Below, one piece after another: positions 38,301 to 51,000 of a stretch of 64,000 nucleotides of DNA. A model generated the notes under the pieces. It was not told where the DNA came from. It saw nothing but the letters and a program-made list of their open reading frames with translations, and did not search any database. Source of the stretch: Vicugna vicugna. Lineage: Eukaryota. A program made the position numbers and the translations under genes. Position 1 is the stretch's first letter. The number at the start of each line of letters is the position of its first letter. Location of the stretch: contig MU057560.1 of NCBI GenBank assembly GCA_013265495.1, forward strand, positions 3,472,909 through 3,536,908. Direction: 5' to 3'.

Positions 38301-40529
38301 TTTACAGAGGTCAAACTGGCACCTTCTCCTTCTTCAGCAAGAGCAGCTTTGTCCCCAACACTGCCCGGGGACAGAAGAATCTCGGACTCTCCTCTCGGGG
38401 GATCTCTAGGACCGGCTCGGCCAGCTTGCACCTGCCCAGTTTCCACCTCGAGAGTGAGACAGTTTCCAACCTCAGTTAAAGCCCCACCAGGGAGTCCAAG
38501 GCTCCGCTGTCCTGTGCTGTGTGAGGTGGCCGTAGCTTCTCTTGCTAAGAAGGAAAAGTGCACATTCAGCCTCTACAGAGAGAATAGGGGTGGTGGGAGA
38601 AAGGAGGCAGCCGGGGGGAGGAGGGTGCTGACTATCTCCAGTGCAGTTGGCACCTCCAGGAAAGGGAAGTGGACCAGCTGCTTCCTCATGTCCCTCAGGA
38701 CCTGCCAGGCAGCCTCCCCAGAGACTCACCCTGCACCTGCAGGGGCCACTGCCGAGGGAAGGTTCAGATGCCCCTTCTGCAACAAAGGAAAAAAAAAAGA
38801 AACTGCCTAATTTGATATAAAACCCAGTGTGCACACAAAGACATGACGACCAGGTGGAACATCCTTCAGAGTCGTCTGTAAGCGTGGCTCAGGCTGCAGG
38901 ACCGCGTGCTCCCTGGGAGTTATTCAGCTGAGGGTCGGCGGCGCGGGTGCGCGCCTTGGTTGGGGGTTGGGGTGGACGAGGTGCATCAGCCTGAAATGCA
39001 CAAGGGCTGGCGTTCAGCAGAGCCAGCTGAGAGCTGCAGACTGTGTATCCAAAGCAATTACATTTTTAAACATGTTCAAAGTTATTTTTAACCTTTTATA
39101 GTCCTTTCTGGTTTTCACTGTTCAGAGATTATTTTAAACCTTTTCTTTCTTTATTAAATTTGGAAATGCAGAAAAGGACATTCACTGTAAAATGTGAATG
39201 AAAGAGAACCCGGGGGCTGATGGAAGGGCACACCTGAGTCTGGCAGGTCCAGGCCCAGCCACCCCACCTCTGCCAGGCCAGGCCTTGGTGCTGCTCCGGG
39301 CCCAGGCATGTGGCTCCTGCACCCCCTCGAGGGCCTGTCTCCATGCTGCCTCAGGCACAGCCCCACCTTTACGTCCACCTGCGGTGGGTGTAATGCACCC
39401 AGAGCCTTACAGGTGACTGCTCACTCTCCCTCCACCTCTCGCCCTGAAACCGGCCAGGGCACCAGCAGGCAGGCCCTGCACCCTGCGGGTCAGCTGCTGG
39501 AAGCCCTCCGACTGACGAGGACGAAGAGGCGCCCCCTCTCACAGACACCCTTTAAGACGTCATCCTGGGGCATCCACGTTCCCCTGCCTGTTTCTCGGTC
39601 CGGAGCTATCTGTTCAATCTCGCCCTGCATCCCTTGCTTTGAAGGAAATCACTCTCCCCAGGTCTCCAGTCGCCCCCAACAATGCTTTGATCTTCTGAGG
39701 CCTCTTTTCAGGGATGTGCTGTGATTGGGAGGAGGGACAGGAGGGGCAGTGGCAGCACCGGTTCCTGGGGGGAGGGAGTCGGCTAGTGGAGGGGACGTCA
39801 ATGAAAACCAGTGTGAGGAGGCAGCTGGAAGCATGAACACCAACGTGAGGCAGAGTTGGTCTGACTCTGCTGCTGTGATTTAGAGGAGGTTTGACAGGCC
39901 CAGCTGAGGATTTTTTCACTTTAAAGAATAAGAACCATGGAAAAAACATCGTATTTGATTTTCCCCAGAAGAGCACATCAGATATTACGGACTCCCATCT
40001 TGTGGATGTGTATATTTTTATGTCTAAGCATAGGACAGATGTTTTTATTTCTTTTTCTGTATTTGTTGTTTTTGAGGGGTTTCTTTTAATTAAGGTAAAA
40101 TTTTCATGCAGTCAAATTTGCAGATCTTAAGGGTACTTTTTTAAAGACTTTCTTTTAGGTTTACAACAAAATTAGGAGGGAAGTATAGTGATTTCTCACA
40201 CATCCCCTCCCCCACCACACAGCCCCCTCCACCCCAAGGGGATGTTTGTTACCAAGGATGAACCTGCACCGATGCATCACCACCACCCAGAGCATCACCA
40301 CCACCCAGAGTCCAAGTGGCACAGACTTGGTGGTGTCCCAGTGGGTTTGGACAGATGTACAATGACATGGCCACCGTGGTGACGTCTAGAGCATTTCACT
40401 GCCCTGAGCACCCCTGTGCCCCACTCTTATCCCTCCCTGCTCCCAGACCCTGGCCTTTTTATTGTCACCATAGTTTTGTTAAGGGTACATTTTGCTTTTA
40501 AGGAATACGTATAGTCATAAAACCAGCTG

Positions 40530-40930
40530 CCAGTTGTATCAGTTTCCTGGGGTAGCAGAACAGAGCACACTCACGGGGGCTTCAATCAGCCCACACTTAC
40601 TCTCCCACAGTCTGGGCAAAGTCCAGGTGGGCTTCACTGCACAGAGCTCAGGGAGGGCAGCTCCCTCTGTAGGTGCCAGGGTGGAGCCCGTTCCCTCTTT
40701 GCCCTCGCTGTTTGGCCCAGACTCCATCACCCTGTCCCTGTGTCCCTGGACTCGGCCCTTCCCTTCTGCCCCACACCTCCTGGGCCTCTTCACTGGGTCC
40801 CTGTGATTATGTGTGAGGCCCCCGGAGAATCCAGGCCCATCGCCACACTTAATCACAGTGCCAAGTCCCTCTTCCGTGTAAGACACCATCCCCGGGTCCA
40901 GGGGTAGGGCCTGGTGTCTGGGGCAGCCGT
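40530..40930. mobile_element. MLT1-type LTR
   Basis: Contains 'tgtatcagtttcctgggg...ctcccacagtctgg...cttaatcacagtgccaagtccc'. Confidence 0.75.
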
Positions 40931-41491
40931 CCTGCCCCGGCCAGGATGCAGGCGGCTTCCGTGACCCAGGGAGGCTCGTCTGTTCCCGTCGGCAGTGGAC
41001 ACCAGCCCCTTGGGCAGCCACAGTTCCAGCTCAGTCTTCACTGCGGGAGAAGATTTTCTTGTCCATCTCGGGTGAACAGCAGGGTGGCATCCCCGGGTTA
41101 AGCAGCAGGTGCATTTTCACCTTGTCAGGAACTTCTCCAGGTGGTCCAGCCACCCACCATCAGCACAGGTGAATTTAAGCTGCTCTCCAACCACCTACAC
41201 ATCCAGTGGGATTTTAATTTCAGCAAAATGGCGTCACACTGTGACATTAATTCACACTCCCTGAAATCTCATTTCTGACCATGTCTTCCTGTTTGTATTG
41301 GCTGTTTGTGCGTCTTTTCTGTGTACGTCGTTGAGTCGCTCTCATTTGTTACCTACCTTCTATTGGTGGTTGGATTGTTTGCACACTGGTTAAAGGTCCA
41401 TTGTCAGATGTACGTGCTCTGAGTGTTTTCCAGCAGTCTAAGATTTGCCTTTGTAAATTCTTAGTGATATGTTTTAAAGCTATCTTTAATT

Positions 41492-41623
41492 ATTTTTTAT
41501 GTAGGGGGAGCTAATTGGGTTTTTTAAATTTATTTACTTATTTTTAATGGAGGTGCTGGGGATGGAACCCAGGACCTCGTGCTTGCTACGCACTTGCTCT
41601 TCCACTGTACTACAGCCTCCCCC
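41492..41623 (-). mobile_element. tRNA-derived SINE resembling camelid vic-1
   Basis: Reverse complement reads GGGGGAGGCTGTAGTACAGTGG...GAGGTCCTGGGTTCCATCCCCAGCACCTCCA...CCCAATTAGCTCCCCC. Imperfect TSD AAAGCTATCTTTAATT / AAAGCTATTCTTAAATT. Confidence 0.88.
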
Positions 41624-43235
41624 AAAGCTATTCTTAAATTTTGATGCAGTTTGATTTTTCAATTTGTTCTTTATATTTTTGTCTCCTTTGTCCTCTTTAA
41701 GAAATCTTTGCCTATTCTAAGGTTGCCAGTGTGCCCTCCAGCATTTCCTTCTAGAAGCTGTACATTTTTCACTTGTATTTGGTGTATGAACGATAATGTG
41801 TTTTATGTGTAGTGAGAAGGCAGGGACAGAGGCTGTTTTTCCCACATGTTTATTCTGTGTTGTTCCAGCGCCATTTAAAAAAAAACCTTTCTCCACGTAA
41901 TTTCTTCAGAATTTTTGTCAGTAACCGATTGACCATCTACACAGGCGCCTGCTTCTGAGCTGTCTGCTCTTTGCACTGGTGGGACTGCTGATGTGGGCCA
42001 GTCCCAGGCTGTCTCGCTAACGCGCCTTCAGGGTTAGCCTTGGATAAGGAGTGACAGGGCTGCTTCATGAGGAGGACCTGGGCTATGCCAGGTCCTTAAC
42101 ATTCCCATCTAAATTTTAGAATTAACTTACAAGCTTTTAGAGAAGCAGCCTGTTGGTATTTTGATTGAAGTGATGTTGGATTCATTTGTGGGTATTTGAA
42201 TTCTTAACAAATTAGAATCTCTGCATTATAAAAGCAGAGCTTCTCTCCATTTACTTAGGTCTGCTTTAATTTCACTGCACAATTCTTGCTCATTTTTATG
42301 AAATATAACTCCACATATTTTATATTCCTTCTTGATTCTACTGTGAATGAAGTTTTATTTTATTTTCTGCTTGATCAATGCTAGTATACAATTAATTTTT
42401 ATATTTATTTTCTGTCTTATGGCCTTGATAAGTTCACTTTTTTTCCTAGTAGTTATCTGTAAATTTCTTAGAGCTTTCTGGATGAGTAATTGTAACATAT
42501 GTAAATTTTAAAGTTTTATTTTTTCTTTTCCAATCTGTATGCATTTTTATCTCTTTTTCTTGCTTGAATGCACTGGCCAAGTGCTGCGCACGGGCACAGA
42601 GTTAAACGGGGATCAGAAAGAGCACCCCGTCTTGTTTCTGGTTTTAGGGGAAAAACCTTCACTGTCCCACCATTCACTGATCTGCAGTTTTTTCACAGGT
42701 GCCTTTTATCAGTTTGAGGAAATTTCTCTTTACTCTTTGTTTGCATTTGCTATCATAAATGAGTGTTTAATCTTGTCAAATATTTTTCTGCATTTATTGA
42801 AATGATCATATGATTTTTCCCCCTTATTTTGTTAACATGTTGGTAAGTTGATGGTTTTTCAAATATTAAATCAATCTTGCTTTCCTGGGATATATCTCAC
42901 TTGGTAATGTCATATTATCACTTTATTTTCCAATATTTTGTTAGATATTTTTAGGATTACGTTCATGAGGAATACCTGTGTATATAAACATATATACATT
43001 TTATGCCTTTCTCGTGTTTTGGTATCAGGGTGGCATGGCCCCAGAGAGCATGTGGGGATGTGGTCCCTTCATCTCCTGCTGTCTGGTGAGTGCAAGTTTG
43101 TCTGACTTACTGAGTCAGCATGTAGGTGGGGGCTATAACATCCCTGTGAGATATTAATGGTGTTAAAAACCAGAATACATGGAATATCTGTACAGAAGAC
43201 TCTTGGACAGTGAGGAGGTTAATCCGAGTAACTTA

Positions 43236-43382
43236 TAGTTGGCCCTCCACATTCATGGTTCCTCCAATGCTGAGGATTCATTCAACAGCGGACTGTACGG
43301 TACTGTAGTATTTACTGTCGAAAACTATTCAGGTGTAAGTGGACCCACACAGCTCAGACCCATGTGGTTCAAGGGTCCACTC
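43236..43382. mobile_element. Tigger2/MER2-type MITE
   Basis: Inverted-repeat-like ends 'tagttggccct' and 'aagggtccactc', flanked by TA. Confidence 0.75.
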
Positions 43383-45798
43383 TATATTTACATACGGTTA
43401 TCCTGAGGTTGCTCTAGCAGAGAATGAAAATGTCCCAGAGAAAGAATGGGACCCATTAAAAGCATTGTTGGTCATTAACTCACAAACGTCTTAAATATAA
43501 TGAGTCTGTGTATATGTCTATGGGCACACAACCCTCAGTATGTGCCACTGATGAAAAAACAGCTGAATCAGAACATGAACAGAGACTGTGCCACGACCCG
43601 TGGAGGGGGCACCAAACCGTAGTCACTAAACCATGGTCATGTGTCATCAACACTGGCAGGAGTTCCCACGCTCTTACTGATTATGGTATGGAAAAAGATT
43701 TTGCACATAAATATTTTAACATTTTATGTATAAATTAAAAAGAAATGAAAATTTCAACTCAGTAACACTGTGGAGCCCCAGAATCATTTCTTAATATAAA
43801 CTTCAAGATCCCTAAGAAATCACCCAGGGCACTAGATTATTAGGTACTGCGTTGGCTAAACTCTTATTTGTTTTCATGTCTTCACAGTCTCAAAACACAA
43901 TGTTTTATTTATGGGAACTCTTAAACTGGGAAACCGAACAAAAACAAACAGATATGGCTTGCCTTTTCAGTCATGAGAGGCCCAATGAGTTCTCTGGACC
44001 TTCTGCAACCACATCAGGGCAGGCATGGCAGAGACAGGAGACACGAGCCACTGGCGACTCCTCTTCTGAGCCATGAAACTGTTGTCTTGGGCCTGAGATA
44101 GACAGAGTTCCAGGTTCAGCAGGAGGCATCCCAAGGGTGGAGAGAATAATATTTCTGCCTTCTCATTCCTGTATCTATAAACCATGAAACCTGTGGCATC
44201 TAGAAACTAGACTCATGCAATGCAAGATGGACGGGGGAGTCCGTCCGGGGCCGGGGCCTACAGGTTATCTTTGCTGGCTGCTTGGGTCTGGGAAGAGCTA
44301 TGTCTCCATCCGTCTTCCGCCCGTGATGGCTGTTGGGCATGGCCAGGGAATTCCAGGACACGAGCCAGAGTTAGAAGCCAGAGGTCCATTTTCACACTTA
44401 GCTTTGTGGGTTCCGGTTATCCGTGTGCCCTGGGGGTTCTGGAGACCCGTGCACCTGCACCGAAGCCATCACGGCCTCCTCAGGCAGGTGGAGCCAGTTA
44501 TACCCTCCTGGTGCCGTGCTGAGAACCGAGGGCCACGCCGCCCACCTTGGGGGTGTGAAGACCCACAGTCAGCCTGCAAAGACCAGAGAGAAAAAAGCAT
44601 AGCTTAGAGCAGGTGCGCTTCCCGAGAGGTGCTCCTCCAGCTAAGCCGTTCCACCCTCTTAGCCGCGATGCCCACCTTCCCAGAAACCCTTCTCCGTCCT
44701 CCGTTTCCTTTTAAGGCTTTGGGAATGACAGTTGATACAACAGACAAGTGGGGGCTGTGGGAAATGCAGAGGCTAGAAACGAAAACTCTCTCCTTCACGC
44801 GAATCTCCACAAATTTTTGAAAGAAACTGGCTTTTCAAACTGGCACTGCACTCCTCACTCAAGCTGCAGAAACAGCCTCCTGTTTCAGCACGAAGCCACA
44901 GCAGAGGCTCTGAACTGCAGGCCACATTCTGCTCCTCCCCCACAAAATTCTGCGAACCCTAGGACTCAAAAGGTTCCAAAGGAATAGACTGGAGGACCTC
45001 AAGGTCCCCAGCCGCTCTGCGGGCTTCTAGGCACAGCACCGTGGCTTGTGCGCAACCTGGGCCACCTAAGCACAGGCTCGGCACCCGGTCCAGGCGGAGG
45101 TCGGATTCTCCTTCCCGCGAACGACGCAGGGCGGCTCCGTGGCCGATGAAGGGCACTGCCCCTCAGGACCAACACCGAGGACAGTTGTGGAAAAGAGCCC
45201 AAGAATTCTCACCGAAATCCATGGGACCCCACGTGGGAATCTCCTTGGTGCTGGGAGCTGCGGAAGGAAAAGGCCCCCAGCGGCCGGCGGTGGGATGGTG
45301 AGGGCCCAGGAGAGGCCAGCGCACAGCCCCAGGAGCCTGTGGACGTGAGCAGTGGCTGGTGGGGGATGGGGGCTCCCCACAGCAGACCTGCTGCCTTCCC
45401 AGGGCTGACGACCCTGCAACACGGGCCCCGAGGCAGCCCCCAGCCTGCAGGGCGCAGCTGCGCCCTGCTTCCCAAAGCAGCGTGTGTTTCTCCCTCTGTG
45501 CTCCGTGGGGCCTCAAGACCAAACCTCAGATTCGAAACTCCCCTCCTCCCACAGCAGTCAGCCCCAGAGCAGGCAGGTCACCTGCAGGCTGTGTGGCCCA
45601 GCCAGCCCTCCGAGATGGTGGCCAGACGCCAGTCACATCACCCTCCGCAGTGCTGTCCGGCCTCGCCCTGCAGGTGCTGGAGGAGGACAACACTGTCCCC
45701 TTTACGGGGCAGCTTTTACCTGAAATGTTACCATTTCAGATCCAAAACAAATACATTCAAACACCTAAGATTGGAAGCATTTTAGGTGCTCAATATAT

Positions 45799-45932
45799 AC
45801 ATATTTTAATTTGTTACCACTGGGGGCTGATTAGGTTTATTTATCTATTTTCTCTTAGTGGGGCCCCAGGGACTGAGCCAGGGCCCCGTGCCCGCTGCGC
45901 CTGCGCCTGCTGCTGACTGCACCCTCCTCCCC
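45799..45932 (-). mobile_element. Second vic-1-like SINE, strongly GC-shifted
   Basis: Same layout as the copy at 41492-41623. Imperfect TSD AGGTGCTCAATATAT / AGATGCTCAGTGTGT. Confidence 0.75.
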
Positions 45933-46864
45933 AGATGCTCAGTGTGTTTTTAAGTTTCTCTCATGGCACTTACTGTCCTGCCTGGGAAGCGTGCCCTCAA
46001 GTCATGTGGAAAAGAGGAGAAACAGCCCTGACTGTCACCCACCCGCCAGACCTGTGTCCACACAAAATGCGCTGCCTTGGCTGTCGGCCGTCTTACAGAC
46101 GAGAGACCTGGGGACTGAACTCGCCCGAGGGCACACAGCCTGACCCCACCCTGCCCGCCCGCCCCCTCTTCTGCCCCCAGGGGACAGGGCCGTCCCTCCT
46201 CGCCCCTCTGGCCTGGACACAGAAGCCCCTCCACGGCTGGGCAGACGCCCTGGGACCCTCACACCGACCTTGTCTCCCAGGCTGGGACCGACGCCCACCT
46301 GCACCTCACAAGGCTGCACGCCCAACCCCGGGCACAGACACTGCTCGCGATGCCTGTCAGCGGCTCAGGTGGGACACTCCAGCCCCGCCTCTGTGGTCTC
46401 CTGCTCAGGGCGGTCCTGGCCCACACTCAGAGGGGAGGCACCTTCCTTTGTGGAAGGTGTGGGCGTCTGCATGGACTCCTTGAATGGAACTCTAACCTTG
46501 TCTGTTTGAATATTGTATAGAAATACAGGAAAACGTCCTACCGGAGTGCCTTCGACACCCCGGACACTCCCTCCCGAGAGCTCCAGCCACAGGTGACCCG
46601 GGGCTCGGGCTCTCGAAGCCGTGCCTAGGGCTGGCCTCCCCGGGACACGGTGCGCCCAGAGCTGGTGGGGCGAGGCCCGGCTGTGTCCATGAAGGCTCGC
46701 GGGCCGTCCAGACTCCCCTCCTGCCCTTGGCTTCAGCCCTGCTCTGCCAGGCGGGGATTTCCTGACTGACCATTCAGCAGAAGGGCTGCTCTCCAAGACA
46801 GGGCATTGTCCACAGTGACTGGATCCCATCATCTGCTTCTTCCTAAAAGCAGAGCTGTATTCAC

Positions 46865-47013
46865 TTGTCAGTCCTGCCTGAACCGCACGGGAAGGAAAGG
46901 GGGGAAGCTGGCAGATTCTGACATTTCAGACATAGCAGTTTTCACACCAGACTCACTTTGAAAAAGGTGTGTCCAGAAATAGCCCCACATGCTCAGCATC
47001 CACCAGTTGGAAC
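46865..47013 (-). pseudogene. Candidate exon, second half of an N-terminal-type module
   Basis: Acceptor CTGCCTATTACAG. Reads FQLVDAEHVGLFLDTPF.../KLLC, like W...ER..LFL.S...EY.L.KL. Phase-2 join (AT|G) with the upstream exon. Confidence 0.45.
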
Positions 47014-47868
47014 CTGTAATAGGCAGACGGATCCAGACTTCAGCTGCAGACGGGGCCGGCCGGCGAAGCGCGGGCACCACGGCCAAGGCCACCCCAACCC
47101 CGTGAAACCTCACCTGGAGAGACAGCGGAGGGAGCGCACATCACGGAGCGAAGTCGGGGGGCGTGCACATCCTGGAAGCAGGTGTGCAGACCCTCGAGGG
47201 TGCTGGACAGTCACGTCTGAGCTGAGAAACTGTAAACGGACGGGATCATCTTCTGCTTCTATTTTACATAATCGCAAACGGAAAGGAGACAGAGCCACCC
47301 AAGGTTGTGGAAATTAGCTGGTAGTCCTAATACTCAGGGGTCTGTAAACTATTTTTCTTTTCTTTTATTTAAAACAATAGACTTTTTTAAAAGCCCCTGG
47401 CATGGAATTGCAAAGGTACAAGGCTACATGGTAAGGTCACCCCAGGGACGGGGGCCAGTCCTGCACCTCCTGCCCAGTCTCTGCTGATTCTCAACTCCAC
47501 GGGGCGAGCCTGCTCTCCTGCCCCTGGGAACAGCACAAATCAGGGTCTCCCACCTACACTCTGCTTCTCAAAATGTCAAACGCTCCCCTCTCTGAGGCTC
47601 GGAGCATGACCGAGACCGCCTGCCTTTGATTAAAAGTCGGCCCATTGCTCGGTGCCCTTGGAGAACAGCCCGGGTCCAATCTAACTTGACATCTGACTCG
47701 AATCACCCTTCTGTGACTCGCACGTGCTGTGTTGACTGCACATGTCCAAAAGCCCCAGGAGCGCGAAGAGCCTGAATTGCTGCAGGTCAAGCCCGGCGAC
47801 GCCGTGTCAGGGCAGGGCGGGGCTGGCCCCTCTCCAGCCTCACTGCAAACACAGTGCGGCGTGTTTAC

Positions 47869-48007
47869 ATCTCAGTGCTTTTCCTGTCACTTGCTAAGCC
47901 ACCATGGGGGAGATGAAAAATTCAAGTCCTGGTGGTGCAGGAGTAGTTTGGCCAGACGCCGAGAGTGGCCAGTGGACAGCCATGCAAAGCTGATGGTGGA
48001 ATTTTGC
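47869..48007 (-). pseudogene. Candidate exon, first half of an N-terminal-type module
   Basis: 139 bp, pyrimidine tract plus AAG acceptor, donor GTAAAC. Reads ...PLATLGVWPNYSCTTRT*IFHLP...SDRKSTE. Confidence 0.4.
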
Positions 48008-51000
48008 CTTTATTTGGTGCCAGAGGAAGAGAGAAAATGAGCAAGTGGGACGAATGGAAGCCAAGAATATCTTCTCGATGAAAAACTCTAATTTCTTTTT
48101 GCATTTTGCCTTTGGGGGGCCAAGGGAGCTCTCCTTACAGTTTGGTGCCAACGAAAGAAAACTCCCGCTAGTCCTGGTCCACGTGCACAAACCACCCAAC
48201 AGATGTCTTGTGTCAGGAGCAGGATGCTTGTGTGGCGTTAAACAAGGACATATAAGGTGGAGGGCACACGGACCCCTTTGCTCAGGCCATGTCACTGGGG
48301 ATGATTTACAGCCGGGCGGCAGAGTGAGTGGCCGTGCCCTACGGTTAGGCTGTAACTGGCTGCCTGTTAGAAGGCGGGTGGAGGAGGGGTCGGCGTGTTT
48401 GCTTCTGCCCCTTGAGACGGGCTCCTTTTCTTGGCTGACGTCACATTCTACAAGCATCTGGTGGCGGTTCTATTGTGAGAACAATAAAAAATTAGGGTTC
48501 TTAATCTATTTTTTTCTTACATCATCATTACTACAGCCATGACTTAGATTTCAAATTTGCGTGTTACTAATCCTGAAAGTTCACCTCTTATAAAACAAAG
48601 CTGGTATGTTGCAAGGCAATAGGAAATTTGAATTTTAGAGGATAAGAAGCCAAATTTTTTCTTCTCAAAGATAGGATTAACTTTTTGCCAAAATGACAGA
48701 GACAAGCTCTCTTGAAGCCAACAAGGGCTTAGGTACCAATCTGATGCAATCTGCTGTCACCCCTGACTCATCAAGCGTTCCATGTCACTCCTCTCATTAA
48801 GAGAGCAGTGGCAGGGGCACGCAGAGCAGCTGCTGTGACCTGGCACGTGGGACTCTGACGAGGCTCCTCTGGAGTCACAGACCCTGCTCAGCAGCCGGGG
48901 TCGTGGCTGCTGCCCCCCGACGCTCTGCGGACCCCGGGCGCCCGCCAGGCAGGAACGAGGCCCAGCAACCTCACAGCTGTAACACCTCTCGGGCTCCACC
49001 GATCACAGAGCCCCCCACAAGATCCCTGCCCCCAGCGGGGCTGATAGTGACAGGCCCTGACTTTCATTCCATCTCAGTAAATGTGTTAATTAAACTAAAG
49101 CCTCAGACTCGGTTCTCTTGTGTGGGATGACAGCTCTGACTTTACAACAGAAAGTAATTTAGTTGAAAAGTGAAAAACACGATTTACTTGGGAGAATGGT
49201 GAGTCATGAAACTAGATCATCGAATCTGTACAGAGCATGAGTGGTCCCAAGAGTTTGCCTGATTTCGTCTTCTCATTGCACATTTGAGGGCACAGAGGCC
49301 GATGTCCAGGGTCACAAGCTAATGAGCTGCAGCTGGAACCAGAAGCCTGTCCTGAGTGGGGACTCGGCAGCCAGTGCAGGTCGCTCCCTCTGCTGCCCGG
49401 AGTTCCATCTCCAATGAGCCTGACTTGGCTCGGCCAGACAAGCTCACTGTTCACTGTTCACTGTTCAGGGACTGAACGTAAATGTTCTGCCCATCATTTC
49501 AGCCAGGCTGACTGCGGTGGGTGGTTTGAGAACACCCAGTTCCCTTGGCCAACATCGATTTCAGTTTTCCATGACACTCTCGGACCAGGGTTGGGGGTAA
49601 AAGAATCACTACAGGGTACCTGCCCTTCCCACTCGATAAATACCTGCTCAGCGATGATTCAAAAACCCACCTGAGCTCCACATCAAAGCCCGGCTGTGCT
49701 TCTGCTGAGAGCTTTCCACTTGCCCAGCGTCAGAGCCAGAGGCACCAGCTGCCATGTGACGAATATCCCAAATGTGGAACTCGGGGCACACAGAACCTTT
49801 CTGAGACGCACTTGCTGGTAGCCCTAACCGAAGGGACGCTTCCTCTAGGAATATTAACTGCTATTTTGACTAATTAGGCCTTCTTGAGGTTTCTTCTGTG
49901 ATAACCACTATAACTCTTCAGACGTTAGATAGCTGTTAATTTTAGGACAGTGCTTTCAGTATCACCCATGCAAGTGGTTTTGATTTGAAAATAACTAAGA
50001 GCCTAAAAACGTCCGTTCTCGGTCATTAAGCTGAGTAAAGGCGTTGATTCACTCATTCAGAAATATTTATGGAGTCTCTGCTGTGTCTCAAATATTCCCC
50101 TTGATGTGGAAACAAAACAGATGTGCTCTTGCTCTTAACAGGCTTACAGTCTCGGACAACCAGAAGCTCCTCTGACGGGACACAGTCACCGTCCGCCCCA
50201 CCTGCGGGCACTCCACGAAGACACAGGTGTGCACTGCTGACCAGGGTTATGGATGACGGGATGCTCTGAGGGTTTGGACCCACACCCGCAGCCCAGAGGG
50301 CCGCTCCCCACGTCAGAGACGGTGACCGAAGGGAGCGAAGCCTCTTCTTTCTCAGGAAGGAGAACCGCAGAGGCCCTGCCTTCCGCCTGTGAGGACCACA
50401 GCGTCAGTAGCTACTTGGTGCAGAAACTTACCAGGTTCACTGCTGAAGGCACCGGGTGACCTTGGCTTTATGTGCAAATAAATTATCACTTTTCTTTTTT
50501 CTCCTCCTTCCAATTCAAAGATACTCTTTTCATAAAGCCCAAGGGGAAAAATCAAGTAAATGTTAAACAAACGCATTTAAGAATAAAAGCTAAAGACTGA
50601 AACCAAGCAACATCTCGGCAGACTCAGGTAAGCAATGCAGGGGGGTGGCAGCAGCCTCCGGTGTCGGGGCAAGGCCGTGGGAGAACGGGGTGCCCCAGGC
50701 CGGGCCCTCAGCAGTGGGTGGCCTGCTCCAGGCAGGGTTGGGCCTGGGGCTTCGCGGGAGTCCTCGATGTGTTTCCAATTTAGGGAACAGAAGTGCACCA
50801 TAAAAGCTATTCACACACAGCCTGTCCTCCCCATGCAGCTGACCATGTCTCCAAACACCCTTTCCAGTGGGCGGTGGTGGTTTCAAGAGAGTCAAGAGAC
50901 AGACAGGTTTGACCCTGGCTCCAGACCAGTAAAGCAGCAGCCGGAGGCTCGTCCCCGAACCTGGCGACAGAGGAGGGAGGGCTCAGCCCCAGCTCCTGTC

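Larger units (their letters stand above)
40070..43090 (-). mobile_element. Old L1 (L1MC/ME-type) block with nested LTR and SINE
   Basis: 3' UTR motif 'gtttgttaccaaggatgaacctgcaccgatgcatca' and antisense ORF2 remnants. Confidence 0.8.
454..48007 (-). pseudogene. Multi-exon unprocessed pseudogene of an RGS22/RGSL1-family multi-RGS-domain gene (extent approximate; may run past the left edge)
   Basis: About 20 minus-strand segments with polypyrimidine-AG acceptors and GT donors. Hand translations give RGS-like and RGS22/RGSL1 N-module motifs in collinear order, and several junctions are phase-consistent. Most exons have in-frame stops or frameshifts. Similarity judged by eye. Confidence 0.7.

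Noticed and set aside
40274..40309. Exact 18-bp tandem duplication
   Set aside because: Ordinary slippage duplication inside an old L1.
41492..41623. tRNA gene
   Set aside because: The tRNA-like head is followed by a SINE body, an A-rich tail and a TSD.
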